Part shown: piece after piece, positions 60,240 to 64,000 of the stretch
Position numbering within the stretch: the stretch's first letter is position 1
Layout: the number at the start of each line of letters is the position of its first letter
IMG/VR virus record: IMGVR_UViG_3300022748_000015
Location: 60,827-124,826 of that record
Source of the DNA: a virus
Strand: one strand, 5' to 3'
Length of the DNA: 64,000 nt
Notes under the pieces: generated by a model
The model's database searches: none
What the model was told of the DNA's origin: nothing
The model's input: the letters and a program-made list of their open reading frames with translations, nothing else
Position numbers and translations under genes: made by a program

Positions 60240-60484
60240 TGAGCTCGTTTATTCACCCCGACAAGATTGTTAATTACGACATCGTTACTGCTTTCACGCC
60301 ACAAGAACTAGTGAAGCAGGTCATGGAGCGAGTTGGTGATGAAGTCGATTGGACTGTACTTGGTCCACACAATGTTGTCGTAACAGATGACGGTTACCAG
60401 CTTTGGTCTCAGACCCTACTGAAGACTTGGTCTGATAGCAAGGATATCGATTGGGCTGAACTTAAACCTAACGGTAGCCTATAA
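60239..60484 (+). CDS. Hypothetical protein
   Basis: Coupled ORF. Confidence 0.55.
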   Translation: MSSFIHPDKIVNYDIVTAFTPQELVKQVMERVGDEVDWTVLGPHNVVVTDDGYQLWSQTLLKTWSDSKDIDWAELKPNGSL

Positions 60485-60543
60485 AACTTAAAGACTACAG
60501 ACTCGAACTTGCGTTCGGGTCTGTTTTCTTTTATGCTGGAGAT

Positions 60544-60819
60544 ATGAAGAGCGGAAGATTGGTTAGCACGAAGGTAGCGGGATACTATCTTGGTGTCACG
60601 GATAGATGCATCCGCCGATACGCATGTGACGGATTGATTCAAAAATACTACACCGAGGGAAGCAAACGAAGTTATTTGGTTTCACTTGATGAACTTGATG
60701 GCATCGAGGAAATCATTAACCAACGCATCGCTACCCAGCACGAATGGGCAAAAGAATATGGCAAGCGTAGATTCGCTGAGCATGGTATGGCTATCTTTGA
60801 AAAGCAGATTGTAGCATAG
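60544..60819 (+). CDS. HTH DNA-binding protein (MerR/excisionase-like)
   Basis: LVST..A..YLGVT.R.IRRY. Confidence 0.7.
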   Translation: MKSGRLVSTKVAGYYLGVTDRCIRRYACDGLIQKYYTEGSKRSYLVSLDELDGIEEIINQRIATQHEWAKEYGKRRFAEHGMAIFEKQIVA

Positions 60820-60957
60820 CGGCCTGGATTGTACAAGTAGGATTGCTTGTTTATAAATCGGTAAAAAGCCTTACCTCACCCTATCCACGCTCAAAAAAAC
60901 TTTTCAATTCCCTTTGAATCAAAAATCAGACGATTTGACTTATCGTAAAATTAATAG

Positions 60958-61029
60958 GACGGTGGATCATTTACAAGTCCTCTCCCCGGTTAAGTGATCC
61001 ACCGTCGCTTAAGTTAGGTAAGCCTAACT
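60958..61029 (+). other. 15-bp inverted repeat plus a second hairpin upstream of the terS-like gene
   Basis: gacggtggatcattt/aagtgatccaccgtc (60958-61006); agttagg-taag-cctaact. Confidence 0.75.
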
Positions 61030-61081
61030 AGTTAGTTATATTAACTTCCAACGAACTTCATACGAACTAAGGACTTATACG

Positions 61082-62002
61082 GTGACAATGTTTGACCAGT
61101 CGGCAGAGGAAGAGCAAGCCGAGTACCGGATTGATGAACCCCTCGACCTCCGCCCCGACCTAGCGTCCCTCGGAATTGACGAAGTCGACCGCGGTATTTG
61201 TGAGGACACGTTTGTTAACCGCGGCATCCTTCGTAAGGCTCATCTGAACTGGGACACGGTTTATTCGGATAACGGCGTGCCTACTGGATTGATTCGTGCG
61301 AAGTCGAAGGAGTCTCTTAAAGAAAGAAGAATTCTTTCTTTAGCAGAGAAGCGCCCGATTCTTGTTGAACCGGATCGAAACAACTCAGACTACCTAACCG
61401 GCTTGGATCTACTAGCTGAAGAGAAGAGCGACTTCCTTGTTCCGCCATGGGTTATACACAGTACCCGCCTCTATCTCAAGGAACAAGCAGAAGGTTACAC
61501 AAACACTAAGCGCCAACCTCTTTGCCAACCCCACCGCTGCCGCCAGATCAAGGATGACGGAATCCGCTGCCTACTCTGGTCTAGCGGCCGACCTAAGGAC
61601 GACGGCCTGTGCCGGATACATCTACGGTCCATCAAGAAACACACATCCGATGACATCGAACGGGCCCGCAACAAGTTGATGCAAGCTGCGCCTTACGCGG
61701 TAGATAAGCTTGAAGAGTTGATGGAGTACGCTGAGTCCGAACCAGTTCAACTTAAAGCGGCTACTGAAATCCTTGACCGTGCTGGTGTTCGAGGCGGCGT
61801 GGAGATCGATACGAACATTACGATTGATGCACGGCCTGCTGCTTCCATCATTGCTGAGCGCCTTGAACGGTTATCTGCAGGAGCACTCGCAAATGCTGCA
61901 CGGTTAGCCGAAGCGGCCGGTATGACTTCGAACGAAGATGTCATTGATGCTGAAGAGGTAACGGAAGAACCTACACCGGTACCAACAACTAACGAGGAAT
62001 AA
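61082..62002 (+). CDS. Putative terminase small subunit-like protein
   Basis: C..K.DG.RC...G.C..H finger followed by A...L.EL..AESE.VQLKAA.EILDRAG helical motif. Confidence 0.5.
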   Translation: MTMFDQSAEEEQAEYRIDEPLDLRPDLASLGIDEVDRGICEDTFVNRGILRKAHLNWDTVYSDNGVPTGLIRAKSKESLKERRILSLAEKRPILVEPDRNNSDYLTGLDLLAEEKSDFLVPPWVIHSTRLYLKEQAEGYTNTKRQPLCQPHRCRQIKDDGIRCLLWSSGRPKDDGLCRIHLRSIKKHTSDDIERARNKLMQAAPYAVDKLEELMEYAESEPVQLKAATEILDRAGVRGGVEIDTNITIDARPAASIIAERLERLSAGALANAARLAEAAGMTSNEDVIDAEEVTEEPTPVPTTNEE

Positions 62003-62922
62003 TGAACCGTGCTATAGTTACATCTTTCGACGGGAACTACTTTCAGTACTCGATGGTTCTTGCTAGATCTTTAGCGGATAACTATAACGGCGGCGAGCGC
62101 CTTGAGTTAATCTGTCTAGTCCCCCTTGACTTAGCGGCCCGCGAAGAAGAGTACGTATCGAAGGTTGACCGTCGTGAGAAGTTACGGATCCAGTTCCGGA
62201 GCTCAACTTCTTACGAACAGTTAGTAGCTAGCGGCCGGTATAACTTCGACAAGATTCCACATATCACAAGTAATGCAATGCAGCGGATCTTCATGGCCGC
62301 AACTTTGCACGAATATGATGACGTCTTGTATATTGATCCGGACTGCATGATCACCAGGGACATCCGGCCTGCACTCGAGTATCCACTTGTGAATAAGTTT
62401 CTGGCCACCGTTGAAAGTGACGGCTCGTCGTTAACAGTGTTTGATGATCCTGACCGAGCCTACTTTGGAAACGGTGTGTTCATCACATCACTTGAATACT
62501 GGAGAGCGGCCCGGATAGAAGAGAAGATGCTGAGCTACTTAACGGATCCTTCTTACGAAGAGACGGCCTGCATCGAACAAGATCTGATGAACCGTTTCTT
62601 ATTTGATGTTTGGTCCCCGCTGCCAGTATCTTTCAATTACCGGTGGGAGTTTGTTGAACTTGGCGGCCCGTTTAGAGGATCATTCCCGTTGATCTTTCAC
62701 TTCATCGGAAGCTACAAACCGTGGATCCAATACGGAAACACAACTTCATTCGAAGCGGCCTGGAGAAAGATCTACCTGGACATGTTCCCGGATGCAACTT
62801 TCAACGGACCTACTCCAGGATCAAATGATCTATCAGCATTCGAGGAATCCTGGCGTAAGAAGACTCAACAGCTTTTTCCTGAGCTAGGATTAATTCTCAA
62901 GGAGCACAATCTTCATGACTAA
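62002..62922 (+). CDS. Glycosyltransferase family 8
   Basis: LYIDPD, YFGNGV, EQDLMN, FN, HFIGSYKPW. Confidence 0.88.
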   Translation: MNRAIVTSFDGNYFQYSMVLARSLADNYNGGERLELICLVPLDLAAREEEYVSKVDRREKLRIQFRSSTSYEQLVASGRYNFDKIPHITSNAMQRIFMAATLHEYDDVLYIDPDCMITRDIRPALEYPLVNKFLATVESDGSSLTVFDDPDRAYFGNGVFITSLEYWRAARIEEKMLSYLTDPSYEETACIEQDLMNRFLFDVWSPLPVSFNYRWEFVELGGPFRGSFPLIFHFIGSYKPWIQYGNTTSFEAAWRKIYLDMFPDATFNGPTPGSNDLSAFEESWRKKTQQLFPELGLILKEHNLHD

Positions 62923-63100
62923 TGAAATCAACCAAGCGGCCCGGTCTCTCTACGAGAACCTCAAAGCGGATATCAACAATGCATCAACCAGACTCGAGCA
63001 CGTAAGGTTGACAGCTCTTGCGCAAGAAGCAGAGAACCTGGTAGCATTACTCGATGAGATCGAAACGGATCTCCAGGAAGGAACCACATCACATGAGTGA
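62915..63100 (+). CDS. Hypothetical protein
   Basis: Coupled ORF. Confidence 0.55.
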   Translation: MTNEINQAARSLYENLKADINNASTRLEHVRLTALAQEAENLVALLDEIETDLQEGTTSHE

Positions 63101-63308
63101 TTCAATTAAGCTCAGCCTGGTAAAGACCATCTCTTGGCACGTCCTTCATTTCTTGATGGCCGGCCTGATTGCTTTGGTTATTACCCATCGGTTTGACTTT
63201 GCAGCAATGATTGCATCAGCTGAGCTCATCTGGGAGTCGATCACATTCTTTGCTCACGAGAGAGTCTGGGCCCGCATTCGTTCAAAGCGTGCGGCCCGCC
63301 GCAGCTAA
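63093..63308 (+). CDS. DUF2061-like membrane protein
   Basis: SLVKTISW...FFAHERVW. Confidence 0.7.
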   Translation: MSDSIKLSLVKTISWHVLHFLMAGLIALVITHRFDFAAMIASAELIWESITFFAHERVWARIRSKRAARRS

Positions 63309-63344
63309 CAACATCTGATGAGCACTATGTGCTAAGATCGGATC

Positions 63345-64000
63345 ATGACCAAGAAGACGAAGGACCTTACTGCAGCCGTTCTACTAACGGCCCGCAAGTA
63401 CTTAGGCTATACGTCCGAAATCTTAGGTAAAACAAGTTTCGGTGAGCGCACCGGATATACAACAGCCCCATGGGCTGGAGCATTCATCGACGTAGTCCTC
63501 CGGGAGAGCGGTCTACGTACGGTACCTAGCTTTATGTATACACCGGCAGCGCTCGCCGAATTCCTACGTAACGGCCAGGTCTCTAAGAAACCACGGCCAG
63601 GGGATATCGCGATATTCAACTTCGCATCAACCACGGCGAGCGCCTTCTCTCAACCGCACGCGGGTATTGTTACCGACGTCCGTCATCTTAAGAACACCGG
63701 CATGTTTACTACCATCGAAGGAAATACGACGGGCCAGTCTTCTTACCAGGACAAAGACGGCGTGCATCAGAAGGTTAGACATCTAACGGATGTTGTTGTG
63801 TTCTGCCGGATCGAGTCCCGCGGCTCACTTCTAACGAAGCTTTATATGAAGCTCAGCCGCAGCGGCCCGGATAAGCTAGAACTCCAGGACCTGGAAGAAG
63901 CGGCCCGGATACAAGAAACGGTTAGTGCGAAGTTAGTGCGGCCAGGTACCAAGAACAAATCCATCAAGCTTGTGCAGCTAGCACTAAGCACAGTGACGGA
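63345..64000 (+). CDS. CHAP-like domain protein lacking the catalytic Cys, plus probable PG-binding domain (truncated by window edge)
   Basis: Hand translation: ARKYLGY..PWAGAF..PGDIAIF..HAGIV..IEGNT..V.LVQLAL. Confidence 0.7.
   Translation, partial: MTKKTKDLTAAVLLTARKYLGYTSEILGKTSFGERTGYTTAPWAGAFIDVVLRESGLRTVPSFMYTPAALAEFLRNGQVSKKPRPGDIAIFNFASTTASAFSQPHAGIVTDVRHLKNTGMFTTIEGNTTGQSSYQDKDGVHQKVRHLTDVVVFCRIESRGSLLTKLYMKLSRSGPDKLELQDLEEAARIQETVSAKLVRPGTKNKSIKLVQLALSTVT

Noticed and set aside
60544-60819. Prophage/integration module from the excisionase-like HTH
   Set aside because: No integrase or att-like host boundary in the window; all content is phage-like

Overview
This window is a 64-kb segment of a large tailed dsDNA phage that most likely infects an Actinobacterium. 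The host inference rests on WhiB, DUF3039, nrdHIEF, PIN-PhoH, a tmRNA tag ending FALAA and many leaderless genes. Layout: (i) 1-25.2 kb, minus strand, is a virion fibre module. Collagen-like and Mtd_N/PTR-repeat fibres share one C-terminal domain, and each is followed by a putative tip protein (FN3 + Thr runs; a 22-Cys tract; FN3 + a 76-aa (PPFF)n tract). Interleaved is a dense cassette of eight 2OG-Fe(II) oxygenases, a GT60-like (hydroxyproline GlcNAc-transferase-like) glycosyltransferase and dUTPase-fold-like proteins. (ii) 25.3-32 kb holds nrdHIEF, phoH, whiB and small genes. (iii) 32.2-37.2 kb holds a tmRNA, 10 tRNAs, several unexplained structured intergenic RNAs, dut, an HNH nuclease and a glycosylase. 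(iv) 37-53 kb holds more oxygenases, thyX, ahpC, a dNMP kinase fusion, a methyltransferase, an S8 protease, many small ORFs and a thioredoxin. (v) 53-58 kb holds an M23 endolysin, a holin-like gene and a giant PA14 coiled-coil protein. (vi) 58-64 kb holds an origin-like spacer, a terS-like gene, GT8 and a Cys-less CHAP protein, in a region with a strand-biased GCGGCC motif. The best candidate for an undescribed system is a phage-encoded proline-hydroxylation/glycosylation pathway acting on its own Pro-rich virion proteins. All family calls are by motif recognition; no database searches were run.
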